The position numbers and the translations under genes were made by a program. Below are positions 1 through 12,253 of a DNA stretch of 64,000 bases, in pieces. The stretch lies in the NCBI RefSeq assembly GCF_035594765.1, contig NC_085842.1, positions 220,111,747 to 220,175,746 of the forward strand. Direction: 5' to 3'. The notes beneath the pieces were generated by a model. That model was given only the letters and a program-made list of their open reading frames with translations, made no database searches and had not been told where the DNA came from. The stretch comes from Anolis carolinensis. Lineage: Eukaryota. Numbering within the stretch: position 1 is the stretch's first letter; the number at the start of each line of letters is the position of its first letter.

Positions 1-240
1 GGAATGAGGAAGTTGCAGTCGCAGTGGATGATGAAGCAGCTGCTCCCCCTGTGGCCGGAATCAAGCATACCCTCAGGAAGCTGGAAGCTGGAGAAGGTTT
101 AAATTGCCTCTGGGTCTGTCTCTGTCTCTGTTCTATGTTATATGACATTGAATGTTTGCCTTATATGTGTACAATGTGATCCGCCCTGAGTCCCCTTCGG
201 GGTGAGAAGGGCTGAATATAAATACTGTAAATAAATAAAT
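1..240 (+). mobile_element. 3' half of L2-tailed tRNA-derived SINE (Anolis SINE2-type), cut by window edge
   Basis: Body matches the reverse complement of 44714-44950; ends in ccgccctgagtccccttcggggtgagaagggc...(TAAA)n, an L2-type tail. Confidence 0.85.
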
Positions 241-1214
241 AGCCTACTGTACATTCCTTTTAGCACACTACGGTTTCAAAATTATTGCCATGTGCTTCTG
301 ACTCTTGGTGATACTATCATGGAGTTTTCTTTGTCTTGTCTGACCTGCACATCACTGCACCACACCAACTCTGATTCATGATTTCACTTCAGTGGCTATT
401 TACATTCCCCCGTCTCCTTTAAATGCTCAGATGTAGCCTATGAATGTTTTCCTGACATACTGGAAAACTTACTTAAAGATGCAATTTAAAAAATCATGTT
501 ACTTCATAGACACACATTCTAAAAAACAGCCGAACCTCTCCATAGCTCTCAGACTAGACAAATACAGACACACAACACTAACTAACTTGTCTGGAAACAG
601 TCTCACGGCATCTACAGGTTGGACGTGCTAATAACTCATGATGAGTGTTTCGAGGACAAAACAGCCACTTGGCAGATAGTTTCTGCTTCTGTTACCAAAT
701 ATGGACCACCTTTACAAGATTGGCAATTTGGCATTTAGCAAGACAGGATAGACATTTTTTTCACGTTCAGAATTACCTATTTGCATATAACGAATATATG
801 TAAGACCATCTGGATATTGCTACAAGAGTGCACAGAGATTTTTGCACAGGTGACATTTAGGAAGCAAATTTTAAAAATTGGCACTTTGGGCATGATTAAT
901 GAAGTTGGTTGCTAAGCACTTTGATATATTTGGAGTGGAAGTCGGAGAGCTCTGTGCAAAATGTACATATTTCTTAGTCACATTTCCATCCTCAGGAAGA
1001 ATTTAAGTGGTGCTCGAGACATTACATTGACTTGCTGATCCTCAGCATTAAGGGGAATGTTACCCTTGGGAGAAGCTTATTATTAATCATATACTCATAT
1101 TCATATGCTGTTTTAGTAACATTTCATACCCAGTGTCAAGTGACCATTTTGCAAGGTTTTACTGGCTGGCATACACTGAAAGTTTTTCAGGCAAGCATCC
1201 TGCATTCATTCTCA

Positions 1215-1275
1215 TTGCCAGTCCTGTGAAGTGGGGCATTATTCCCATTTTATGGACGAGGAACTGTGCTAAGAC
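1215..1275 (-). mobile_element. Old MIR/CORE-SINE core fragment
   Basis: cctgtgaagtggggcattattcccattttatggacgaggaactg resembles the MIR core. Confidence 0.5.
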
Positions 1276-1787
1276 TTGTGTACACAATAAGTTCTAAGCC
1301 TGGGAAACAGAGTGGTGATAAGAGTCAGGAATCAGCTTGTGTATTGGTTTCTCTAGCTTGGAACAACAGTCGAAGTATGAAAAGGGCTTCTATAGAGAAG
1401 AATGTCAGAAGGGACATGTGGTCCTATTTCACGATTCCTACCCAGGTTTCTAGATCAGATTTGTTCAGTGGTCTGCACTGCAAAGAGATGTTGCTAGTCT
1501 CTGGGAATGGCTCTTTGTGTCTTGACAGGAGCTGGGGTTAACAAAGTAAAGCTGACAAGGACCAAGGACTTCATCACATAAGGCAGAAAAAACAGCATTG
1601 CACCATGTACATCTTGTGGCCGGTTTACCTTCCCCTCACATGATTCTTCTGTCCCTAGCTATTGATGGGTCAAACCTAGAAACTGCTCCCGTCAGTTACT
1701 GACAATAGAATTGCATTGGAGGATCTAGAGATTCCTAAAGAAAAGTTCTCTCTAGGAATCTTGAGGTATTCCAGTATGATTTCAGAT

Positions 1788-1900
1788 TGAAGTTCAACAT
1801 AGGTCACACTGGCGGTTTTCTTATGTTATTTGCACTGGACATTTAGGTTGGTGCAGATAACGTAAGAAACCCGCCAGTGTGACCTATGGTGAACTTTTCA
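1788..1900. repeat. Near-perfect 46-bp-arm inverted repeat (hairpin)
   Basis: 1790-1835 vs reverse complement of 1851-1896: 42/46 identical; 15-nt loop. Confidence 0.9.
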
Positions 1901-1924
1901 AGTTGCTCCTGACACGAAAAAAAA
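1899..1924 (+). mobile_element. 3' tip of A-tailed SINE (severely 5'-truncated)
   Basis: caagttgctcctgacacgaaaaaaaa matches the 3' ends of 43906-44168 and 37433-37719. Confidence 0.7.
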
Positions 1925-3024
1925 GCAGCTAAATGCTGTATCAAGGTTAACCTGGGACAAGGCCACCATAATGTCACCTTTCCCTGAGTTAACCTAGGTT
2001 CGGGAAAAACCCAATTCCCAAATGGAGTCAGCTACAACTGTCTTCACTGCCATTCCACATTAGATGTCAGTGAACATATTAATCATATTTCTGAATAATC
2101 AAATCCACAAGAGTTAAATGTGCAAATGTGGATAGCTGACTGTATATTCTTCTTACATGCCCATTCTGGCTTCTTCTCCAGATTGCTAGTCTTCTTCAAG
2201 TGTGAAGTAATGCCATGTAGATGTGATTTTACCTTTGTTGAACCTCACCTGTCACTTTCATCTGTTAACAAGGTTTCCATAACAAGCACTGGAGTGTGAT
2301 GGAAAAAAAAAACACATTATCCCCTGCCCCCCACTGTTTCTGCTGTCATTCTTGCTCCTAACAATGGTCTTATTGGATGAAATACTCGGCTCATATTGGA
2401 TGAAGTGCTCAACTTCATTAGATTCCTCCCCACACATCTCTTACTTTAATAAATGTACCTTTTCAACACAGAGATCTTGTCTGTGTGGGTGAGGGAAAGT
2501 TGTGTGGCGTTGCAGGGTTTGAAACACTGGCTGCTTTTTGTCACCTCTCTTACCCCAACCTTTCCTTTCAAATGATCCTTGAGAAATTCTCCAGTGTTCA
2601 GCATGTACAAATGTGTCTGAAAGAGATCAAAACAAAAATGGGTTTTGGAAAAGCTGTGTGCACATGTGTCTGTGTGAAAATTAAAGGAATTCAATTTACA
2701 AAGTAACATTATAGAATGACAGCCTTGGTATCCTTTTGTATAGGTCTGTCTTTTGGTGTGTGTTGTATCTTGGCAAAAGGACAGGTCCCAGCCCTAAAGA
2801 ATTTACAGTCCAGATTTTTACAGGGAAGGAGGAGCAAAGAGAAACAGGAAGAAAGGAAGGACTAGAGTTTAGTGGGGGTCGTCAGAAGCTCCAAGGCAGT
2901 AAAATGAGGTAATGACAAGAGTGGCCGTCTAGTGTCACCATACTGCGTTTGGTAGTGCTGGACAGTCAGGTTTGGTGCTGTTGTGGGAACTATGAAAACT
3001 ATCCCAGAGTTGATCTGACATATG

Positions 3025-3350
3025 ATAATAATAATAATAAATCTTTATTTATACCCCATTACCATCTCCCTGAAGGGACTCGGGGCGGCTCACAGAAACA
3101 CTCTAAGTGCCACATATAAACAACAATACATAAGTATATATTTATTTATTTACAGTATTTATATCCTGCCCTTCTCACCTGGAAGGTCACAGAACACACA
3201 TATGACAAACATTTAATGTTGATTATACAATTATACAATTAACAAGGACAGACAACACAAAGGTAAAGGCAGGTTTTGCCATCTTATTTCCGGTATATAA
3301 GTATATACACAGTATTATAAGTATAAAAACAACAATACACATAAAATCCC
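3025..3350 (-). mobile_element. L2-type 3' tails, probably two nested pieces
   Basis: (AAT)n followed by ccatctccctgaagggactcggggcggct; second tail motif near 3140-3200. Confidence 0.65.
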
Positions 3351-3404
3351 ATCAATAAAATTGTAAGAATGATAGCATTATAAAATTTCCTAAAATGCAG
3401 TAGA

Positions 3405-3930
3405 ACCTACTTGAGGAACCATATTTCCTTCTACCAACCCACCCGAGCCCTGAGATTCTCAGGAGAGGCCCTTCTCTTGATCCCACCATCATCGCAGGTG
3501 TGTTTGGTGGGATCGAGAGAGAGGGGTCTTTTCGGTGGTGGTCCCGCAGCTCTGGAACTTCCTCCCTAATGAGGCATGATCAGCCCCCTCCTTACTAGCC
3601 TTTTGTTTGCAAATTAAAACCTTTCTGTGGAGCCAGGCCTTTCCAGACAAATGATAATAGGCACTGTCAGGCTGATAAATATTTTGATAATACTTGACAA
3701 ATAACTTCAGTAGCCAGAACTTATGGATATCTTTAAATGGTGCTTGCTGTAAGTTTTTAAATTGTTTTATTTGATATGTTAATTGGGTTTTTATATCTGG
3801 ATGTGATGTTTTAATTCATTATGTATTGTGGTCGGATGTATTTGTATGAATTGTATATATTGTATGCCACTTTGAATCCCACCCACGGGAGAAAAGCAGG
3901 ATAGAAATGAATAAATAATAATAATAATAA
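3405..3930 (+). mobile_element. L2 LINE 3' fragment (ORF2 C-terminus plus 3'UTR)
   Basis: Translates to YLRNHISFYQPTRALRFSGEALLLIPP...PQLWNFLP; ends in tail stem-loop and (TAA)n. Confidence 0.85.
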
Positions 3931-4017
3931 CCTTTGAATAAAGATGGCTATCTGGAGTAACAAATCAACGTGTGGAGTCACAAAATCAGTGGATCATTGA
4001 GTTGACCATATATTATG

Positions 4018-4565
4018 CAGAGTCTGAAGAGCCATGTTTTTAAACTTGCCCAAAAGTCTTGAAGAGTGGGGGGTTAATCTAATTTATTTAGGGAGGGTAT
4101 TCCAGAGCCGAGAGAAGGTTCTCTCTCTTGTCCCCACCAACCGTACTTGAGATGGTGGTGGGACCAAGAGAAGGGCCAACAGATCTCAATGCCTGCTCCG
4201 ATTCATAGAAGGAGATGTAGTCTTGAAGATAGGTTGGACCCGAAACATATAGGGCTTTATAGGTAATCACCTGCACTTTGAATTGGACCTAGAAACTTGC
4301 TGGAAGCAAGTGGAGATGCCTTAAAAGGGGTGTGTTATGCTCCCTCAAGCTCACTGACCTTTGCACTAACTGTAGTTTCTGAGTCATCTTCAAAGGCAGC
4401 CCTAGGTAGAGTGTATTACAGTAGTCAATTCTGGATGTAACTAAGACATGAATCACTGTGGCCAAGTCAGGCTTTTCGAGATATGATCACAACAGGTGCG
4501 CAAATTTAAACTGTGCAAAGGTCCTCCCGGCCACCGCCGACACCTGAGCTTCAAGCTCAGGAGAA
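4018..4565 (-). mobile_element. L2 LINE ORF2 fragment
   Basis: ORF 4088-4276 QVITYKALYVSGPTYLQDYISFYESEQALRS is typical L2 ORF2 C-terminal sequence. Confidence 0.85.
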
Positions 4566-4880
4566 CCTCCATATAGTATGCCTGATAAGCCCCAGGATAA
4601 TGGGTCAGTGTAGATCCGCTCCAAATAAACTCTAGGCATTGTCAGATTTCTCAGAAACTCAGACTCACACAGGATAGTCCCTTGGAACAAACATTCAGAG
4701 CAGACCTGAGAGGAAACCTTCTCCTTGGCCACTACTAGGCTGGATATTTAAAGGATATTCATACATTTTGGATAAGAAATGGGTTGTTTTTTTGTTTTGT
4801 TTTTTGACAAATTGCCAGGAAAGCAATCCACTGCATGGCTCTCTTTCACACAACTTTGCAAAAGACAGAAAAGAGAACAG

Positions 4881-5106
4881 AGGGTGCAACTACATTGTGG
4901 AATAAATAGTTTGACTCCATTTTAACTGCTATGGCTCAATGCTAGGGAATCTTGGGATTTATATTTTAGTGAATAACCTGCAGTCTTTGGCACAGAAAGC
5001 TCAGGAGGTGAACTTTTAAAACGAAAACTCCCAGAATTCCATAGCATCGAGCCATGGAAGTTAAAGTAGTGTGAAGTGGCATTAATTCTACTGTGTGGCT
5101 GCATCT
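4881..5106. mobile_element. Palindromic PIF/Harbinger-like MITE
   Basis: Ends gggtgcaactaca...tgtggctgcatct; internal IR atggctcaatgct/agcatcgagccat; related pieces at ~7220-7290, 14505-14690 and 58812-58900. Confidence 0.6.
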
Positions 5107-6468
5107 TTAAAGATGAGAAGAATTGGATTCTACGTAGATATTTTGGTTACTTAAAACAATAAATACAATACCAGAATGCCAAAGGGATATATTTAAACAT
5201 TACAGGCAATGCTTAACTAGACACAACATCGATCCCAGTATCTCCTTTGGCTATTCTGTATTGAAAGAAGTTATATGTTGGGGCATATTTTTCAAAGGTC
5301 CTCAAACCATTTAACTAGGAGACCAAACATCTGCATGCTTGTGAATAAATGGACAGTCTGTCACATTAAAGCATTCCTTTCTTTAACAATCACAGGTGGC
5401 TTTCTTCAGCTAAGAAAATACCAGGCTTCAAGTGAGGAAAGGAAAAGATGCAAGCCAGTTGGGTAAGTAATTAATTCTTTGCTTCTTTCTTCTTGAAGAA
5501 AGTATTGAGTGATTTTAGTCATTTTCTTCCCATTGTGGAGAAAGCCATCAAAAACTATATAGGGTTGTTTTTGGAAGTCTATTTATAGTTTAGGAGTCAA
5601 AGTGTGTACTTTTTTTTTGCACAATAACCTGTTTTTCCTGTACCAGAATTTTCTATACAAAAATATTATTTCTCTGCAGAAATATTTGACACAGAAAATG
5701 CTGAGTTATGTACAAAAAAGATCCACATGTGCATTTTGTCCTGAACTGCAAACATTCTTAACAGTCCAGGATTCTCTACATCAGGGTTTCTTGAAAGTTG
5801 AGAAGAACAGTTTCCTACCAACTCTGAATATTTTGAAATATTCTTCCCATTCCCACGAGACATCATTTAGCGCTCTGACAACAAACAGCTGGCATTTCCC
5901 AACTTCATGGTTATATCTCTTTGGAGGTTGGTTTTCTGAGTGACTAATTGACAAAGTACGCACATGCTAAACTATGGAAACTAGAATTTGAAGGATGAGT
6001 TTGGAGAAATTATTTATGGACTGCTTTCTCCAGAATCCCCTAGCTGTTATGGGCACTGGCTATGAAGGCTGTATATTCTGGGGTTTTAAATCCAAAAGAG
6101 TCAGAACTGCACAATCTTGTCCTACCAATCTTTAGGTGAAGACTGTATGACTTGACAAACCACAAAAAATGAGGTGACTGAAGGATGTCCATAGAATGCT
6201 TCTAGGCTAGTTTGACACACAGATAAAAAAGCTTGATTTAGAATGTGCTTTACATTCTGGACTGGGATCAGAAAAGGATTGAGTGGTGTCCAAATTTAGG
6301 TTTTATCCCTGCTGTCCTTTCAGTTATATAAAGATTTCCCCCCTCCAATGTCAATAATGGTGTTTTATCCCTTTCTAGACATATGATCTCAAGCACAGGA
6401 AAGATTGACACAACGGTTTGCTCTCAAAGATATTCAAGATTCAAGTGGAAGAATTTTCTGATTAATTT

Positions 6469-7213
6469 TGTAAGGGTTCTGAACCTGATTCAGAAATGAA
6501 CTTTGACCAGGATGAAGCTTATTCTGACCTTTCGCCCAGTTCTCCGAGCTCCTTTCAATTACAGACCCCAGCTGTGGATAGCTCCAATGCTTCCTTAATT
6601 GGGAGAGATACTGAAAACATTACTCCTGTGGTAGAACCAGATGTCCCGAGTTCTCCAGGGAATGTATCCTTTAACAGAAGGGAATTTTGCATCGCCAGAG
6701 ATCAGAAAAACAGGAGCTTCGAAGGAGTCAACGTTTGGCATCTAGAGGGATAATGGATAGGAGATTCCCTTGGGAACCTTTGGGGAGTTGGTTTCCCTTC
6801 GCTGTGATTAGATCTAAGTTCCATAAAAGTGCCTTACACTGTGAACAATTTGTGGTGTCAACGTAGCGACTTCTGAGAATACTTCACCGATTCCAGTTCC
6901 CTGATTTCACCAAGCCAAGTCTCCTGTTCCTGGCAGCCAAGCCGAGCCGCGACTCCCGATTTAATCCGGTGGAAATTCACGTCCTTGCCTTGTTCCTGAA
7001 CCCGGATTGCTTTTAGCTTCGTCTTCTGCCTGCCTTGATATCAAAGACTTCCTAGTGACTTTGGACCTTTTTATTCACTCCTGCTTTCTTGTTGCTTCCC
7101 CGCTCAATAACTTCCCAACAGTTTTGGTTTCTGGACTTTGGACAATAATATTGGACCTATCTCTTCAACTCTTTTGACAAATTCATACCATATCATAAAG
7201 GACTATTGCTCAC
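6469..7213 (+). mobile_element. LTR (Gypsy-like), 3'-truncated
   Basis: Starts TGT; TATA-like cataaaa ~6822; pyrimidine-rich R/U5 with ggact motifs; shares organisation and peptide motif with LTR 53058-53924; no 3' CA end or TSD seen. Confidence 0.7.
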
Positions 7214-8406
7214 TTTAGTGGAGACTAAAGACCTTGAAAAACTGCAATTCTCAAGATTCCATCGCAATGAGTCACAACAGTTAGTGTCAAAGAGCTGTGT
7301 AGATTCACTCTTGTCATATCTTTAGCAGTTCGGTGCATTGTATATTGCTATAGGGGTGCTAACTGGTTGCATAATAAATGATTTCATTTTTCCCTCTAAA
7401 AAGTAATTTGAACAATTATACCCACAGTCACTTTTAACATCTGTCAAAGACTCTTCTCTCTTGTTCTTGTGATGGTGAAAGACATGGGCCCTAAAGAATG
7501 AAGTGCTATTGTTCTGTTGTGAATTCTTACTATAGCTGTGGAATAAGGACAGCTATGATTTGCCCAGTCCTATTATGGATTTTACACCATTCCAAAGAAT
7601 CCTGGGAAATGTAGTTTGGCAGGGAGTATTCTCTTATAAGAAAGGCAACCTTTCTCACTGCACTACATTGCAGACAGAGTGAATTAATCACACTGATTTA
7701 AATCTGATTTAAATTGGAGTGGTTACTCAGCACATTCTCAGTTCGTGACTCATCAAGAGCTACCTTTCTTTCTTTTAATTTTTTTTATTGAAAGCACCCA
7801 TCAAATAAGGCGCAGAGTAGCAATCCTTAATTTCTACCCCGCCTTTCTGTTAAAGTTTCCATTAACAAAAGATTTTTCTATGCTAGGATCAGTGAGTCCT
7901 TTTTTGACCAAGGCTCCTCATTGTTCTCAGAGTCTTCAATAAAGCACAATGGGGTAAGATTTTGAATCTCTTGAATGCAACAATGTCACTATGGGTGGTC
8001 ACTCTTCAAGCTACCACATGCCAGCTTTGTGCAGTGAGTTGTCTGTTAACTTTGCAAACAGGAATGTTTCTCTACTTTTCCTTTGCTCTGATGCCACAGG
8101 TTTCCACTGATGTTAAAATAACCACCTTTTGGGATGAAGGGACTTCTAACATTAAAGCATGAAGAGGTATTTGCGTGCCAGGAGAACACCAAGAAGAAGA
8201 AAAAAGGAGTGGGTTATTCATCTAAGACATTAAAAAAGTGAGTTTTAAATAAATTCATGTGCACATCCTGACGACCGGTTTAAATATTTAGCCATTTTCA
8301 TATTCAGTGAGTACAAGAAATGAAACGGCAAGGTCTGTCATTAGTATTTCAAATCTTACCAATTGCACACTCAAGCCAAGAGAGGTATTTTCACATTATG
8401 CAATTA

Positions 8407-8508
8407 CAGGCAGTCCCCAAGTTATGAACAAGATAGTTTCTGTAGGTTTGTTTTTAAGTTGAATTTGAATGTATGTCTGAACAGGTACATTGTATAAGTG
8501 TAATTCTA

Positions 8509-8554
<46 letters not shown>

Positions 8555-8628
8555 CTTTGAATAGAGTAGGAAAAGGTCAACACCTCTGTGGTGTTTGTGT
8601 TTTTTTTTGTCTCTGCCCGTGTCCCTGT
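8407..8628 (+). mobile_element. Tigger/mariner-like MITE fragment containing (TA)n at 8512-8552
   Basis: ta|caggcagtccccaagttatgaac terminus. Confidence 0.55.
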
Positions 8629-8990
8629 GATAATTGGATTTTTGGATAATTGGATAATTGGGGGCTTGTTGGGAGGAGCCCCAGTGCTGCTGAATTCTGA
8701 ACACATAAACAACAAATCCAAGAATTCTCTAGGATTTTCTGTGGTAGTTAAAATTGTATGATACTGTTATAATGGCACACTGTGAAGGGGCCTTTAGAAC
8801 AGATACAACAAGCAGGTAACCAGCTATAAGCAAATAGAAGCAGAAGATATCTTCCCCTTCAGGTGTTTTGGACACTGGTTCTGGTTTGCAGTACGTGGCT
8901 GTATAGAATTGACTTAAGACTGGCCAAAATTAGCCAAATGAGAAGAATGAAACTGAATGTTGTCAGAAGTCTCATTCTGTAATTGAAGTT

Positions 8991-9408
8991 CAGTGGGCCT
9001 TTGGTATCCACTGGGGTTTAGTTCCAGATATTCACTGATACCAAAATCTGTGGATGCACATGTCTCAACATATCCTACAGCAGTGGTTCTCAACCTATGG
9101 GTCCCCAAGTGTTTTGGCCCACAACTCCCAGAAATCCCAGCCAGTTTACCAGCTGTTAGGATTTCTGGGAGTTGAAGGCCAAAAACCTTTGGGGACCCCA
9201 GGTTGAGAACCACTGTGTTAGGATTTCTGGGAATTGAAGGCCAAAACATCTGGGGACCCACAGGTTGAGAATCACTATTCTACAGCATAGTATAGTGATT
9301 ATCTTATATAAAATGATAAAATCAGAGGTTGTTTTTGAGTTCTTTTCCTTTTTTGGAACATTTTCAAGCCATTCATGGATAAAGAGGGTACTAGTGGGGG
9401 TGCTCTGT
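8991..9408 (+). mobile_element. Tigger-like MITE interrupted by a hAT MITE
   Basis: cagtgggcctttggtatccactgggg...ctgta; reverse complement resembles 12254-12451. Confidence 0.6.
9081..9277. mobile_element. SPIN/Charlie-like hAT MITE with duplicated right arm
   Basis: TIR cagtggttctcaacct; right TIRs end at 9215 and 9277; 8-bp TSD tcctacag/ttctacag. Confidence 0.85.
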
Positions 9409-11252
9409 ACTTAGGGTTGCCAAAGTGAAAAATGAGACAGCTCTTGTATTGATTATGTCGAGGGGGAGATTTCAGTAGGTCTTGCTTGATCACTGCTTAC
9501 ATGACTTGTTCAAATCCCTTCTTCCACACCACTGCTATTAAAGGTACAGGAGCCTTCTCCAGCTTTCACTCTTGCACTCCTGTCTGCAAATTGTTTACAC
9601 AGTGAATTGCTGCTTGGTTTCGCCTTCTTATTTGACCAGAAAAAAAAATCACAAGCCAAAAAAGAGGTGGGGGTTAGCCTTGAGGTGGCCATAGTTTTCT
9701 GATCTTTCCTCATAGGTAACATGCTGGCTTAAGGAGGCAGCCAGCACTAAGGTAAGTTTCAAATGCCAGTTTTATAAATGGAATCAGATATTGCCATTTT
9801 GTTTTTTGCCTCGGTCAGCAGAGCATCTTGCTCCAACTCTTGTAGTCATAAAGGTATAATTTACTTCCTTTTCCAGGAAATAGCTGACTAGACCAAGGTA
9901 CGGGGGATAGAGTACATTTGGGCAAAACAACTTTGGTTATTTCATTTTGCAATGTGGGAATGAAACCTTCCACGTGTTTTACTTCCAATGGGCACAATTG
10001 TGAGAGTTTTTGCACATTGATTTTTCTCATGTTGAAGATTTTTGGCCAACAAAAACTGTGATTTTTTTGTACAAAAAGGACCATTCCCATGTGTAAAATA
10101 CAATACTTTTACATAACATTCTGTATATTTTGTGCAAGAACAATTTATTTTTTTCTCTTTCTCTATCTCCCCTGCCTGCTGCTGCTGAAGCAAAAATACT
10201 CATACCATTGACAGCTTTTCCAAAGAAGTGTCTTGGACCATGATGGCACACCCTTTCTTATCCAGGTTGAGACAATCTGCAAACATTCCTTACATTCCTA
10301 GAGGCAGTAGCACAGGATTTTCCGCATTTGAATCTCCAGAGCAGGTGGATGCATCTGGGATGCAAGTATTTTAATTCCTCTATCCAGCAGACTTGGCAGA
10401 ACAAAAAATATGGAATCTTTGTTTTCTCATGGTATCTGATATTTTCCTCAGCATTCTTCCATTCATGCTTACTTCTATATGGATTTTAATTAACGTTGAC
10501 CTTAAGTCTGGAGCAAAGATTAATCCAACTGTGCATGATAGTCTTAAGCAAAGTGCAGCCTATGGGATGCATGTGGCCCTCAGGTCCCCAAAGTATGACT
10601 CTTCAAGCTCTCCAGAAACTCTGAAACTGCAGACCCAAATCTTGTTGGCGATACTTTATGAACTACGTACTTTATATTAATGGTGACAACTGCAGCAAAA
10701 TGCAGCAGTTTTGCCCTCACAACTCTCTATATCCCCAAACCTTTCATTTTATTTTGATGCTAAAAAAACCTGAAAATCTATTCCAATTGCCTTAGGAACA
10801 CCACTCCAGTGCACTCCCAGCTCCCTCTGCACTTGCGCACCCCTGCTCTATTCATACAGAATTGAGGGCTACCATTCCCACAATCCTTTGTGCCCTCTGT
10901 GCTCCTCACCCATGTCCCAGCTTTAAAAGGAAATCAGTTGGATCTCTTTTTTTGCTGTTGATCCTAGCAACTCCCCCACTATCCTTACAGTTCTGGAGAG
11001 TGGCCAGATGTGATTTCCTATTCTTTCTTCTTGTTGAGCTCTTATATTTATTCTAGGATGCAGCTGCTCTTGACATGTGCCTGTAAGCTTGTTTTAGAAG
11101 AGGGTATTATTCTCATTAGTAGGTTGACAGCATAATCTTACACATGTTTACACTCAAATAAGCTTTGCTTCATTCAGCAGGACTTATTCTCAGGTAAGGT
11201 GTGCATAATTTGTAACCTAACTGCACAAACCTATTAGCTATTACCTTTTACT

Positions 11253-11889
11253 TGCGCTTCCAGACAGTGCCAAAATTTGGGACAAAGAAGTGGGTTTCTA
11301 AAATGCAGGACCTCAAAGGGAGTCCAAACACAGACCTGTCAATCCCACTGCATACTAGTCCTCCACTGTCCTCACAGCTATTTTTTTGAAGCAGATTAAG
11401 ATGGAGGGTGGATGGATGAGGGACATCCAGAGGAAGTTTTTTTTAAAAAAATTCACTCCAGAGATGCACATATCTGAATATGAGGTCCAACAAATAACAG
11501 AGCATTAAAAAAACTTCCCTCAGATCTCTGTCTTCCCTAATTGTTAATTCAAGCTCTGTTTAACATTAGAAAGTGTAAAAGACAGAATTGTAGAGAGTTG
11601 TCTTTGCTTTCCACGTGTGCTTCCCTGAGCCACCTGTCTCTCTGTTTGACAGCTGATGAGCTATTTTGTGCTTTTTAGAAATGCTCTTGAAGATTCTGGG
11701 ATACGAGGGCATGGAAAGGTGTGTGTTTCTCAGGAAAAATCGGGTTTAAAGGGCACCTTTTAAACACGTGTTTTCTAGCCCTTAACCCGATCCCTCCTGA
11801 TTCCTCCCACACTTTGGCTAAACATCATTTAGCCACCAGCCCTTTTTACCCTCATCTTTTGGGTTTTAATGCATGTGTAGAAGGGCCCT
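11253..11889. mobile_element. Degenerate Harbinger-like non-autonomous element
   Basis: Ends gcgcttccagaca...tgtgtagaagggccct; weak TIR similarity only. Confidence 0.35.
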
Positions 11890-12253
11890 TACTGTGTGAA
11901 TGTACAGAGAACCTTCATATTGATACTTTTGTACATTGTTTATCCAGTAAACAATATTTTAACCACTGTGACTTACTATCCTGTGCTGTTTCTGGTTTTT
12001 GCTCTGGTGGCATTTTTTTAAAGTGAGCTGTTGGGAAACTTACATTGATGAAAAAGTGCTTGTTGTCTCCAGAGACAGAAGAAAGATTCAAGATTTCTGA
12101 TGATACCAGTAGAATGTGAACTGTCAGAAGACACTAACATGACAGCCAGCAAGACATATGTCTGCAATGTACACATAGACGTCAGAAAGGCCTCTTCACG
12201 CTGACTGAATGCAAAATACCTTGAGAAGAATTGTTTAGGCTTAGAAAATAGAA

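Noticed and set aside
181-215. L2 tail as a hammerhead ribozyme (CTGA...stem...GAGAA)
   Set aside because: Lacks the CUGANGA and GAAA cores and a third stem
11120-11220. Splice donor caggtaagg as an exon end
   Set aside because: Lies within an old palindromic repeat (similar at ~39190-39280) that carries this motif intrinsically
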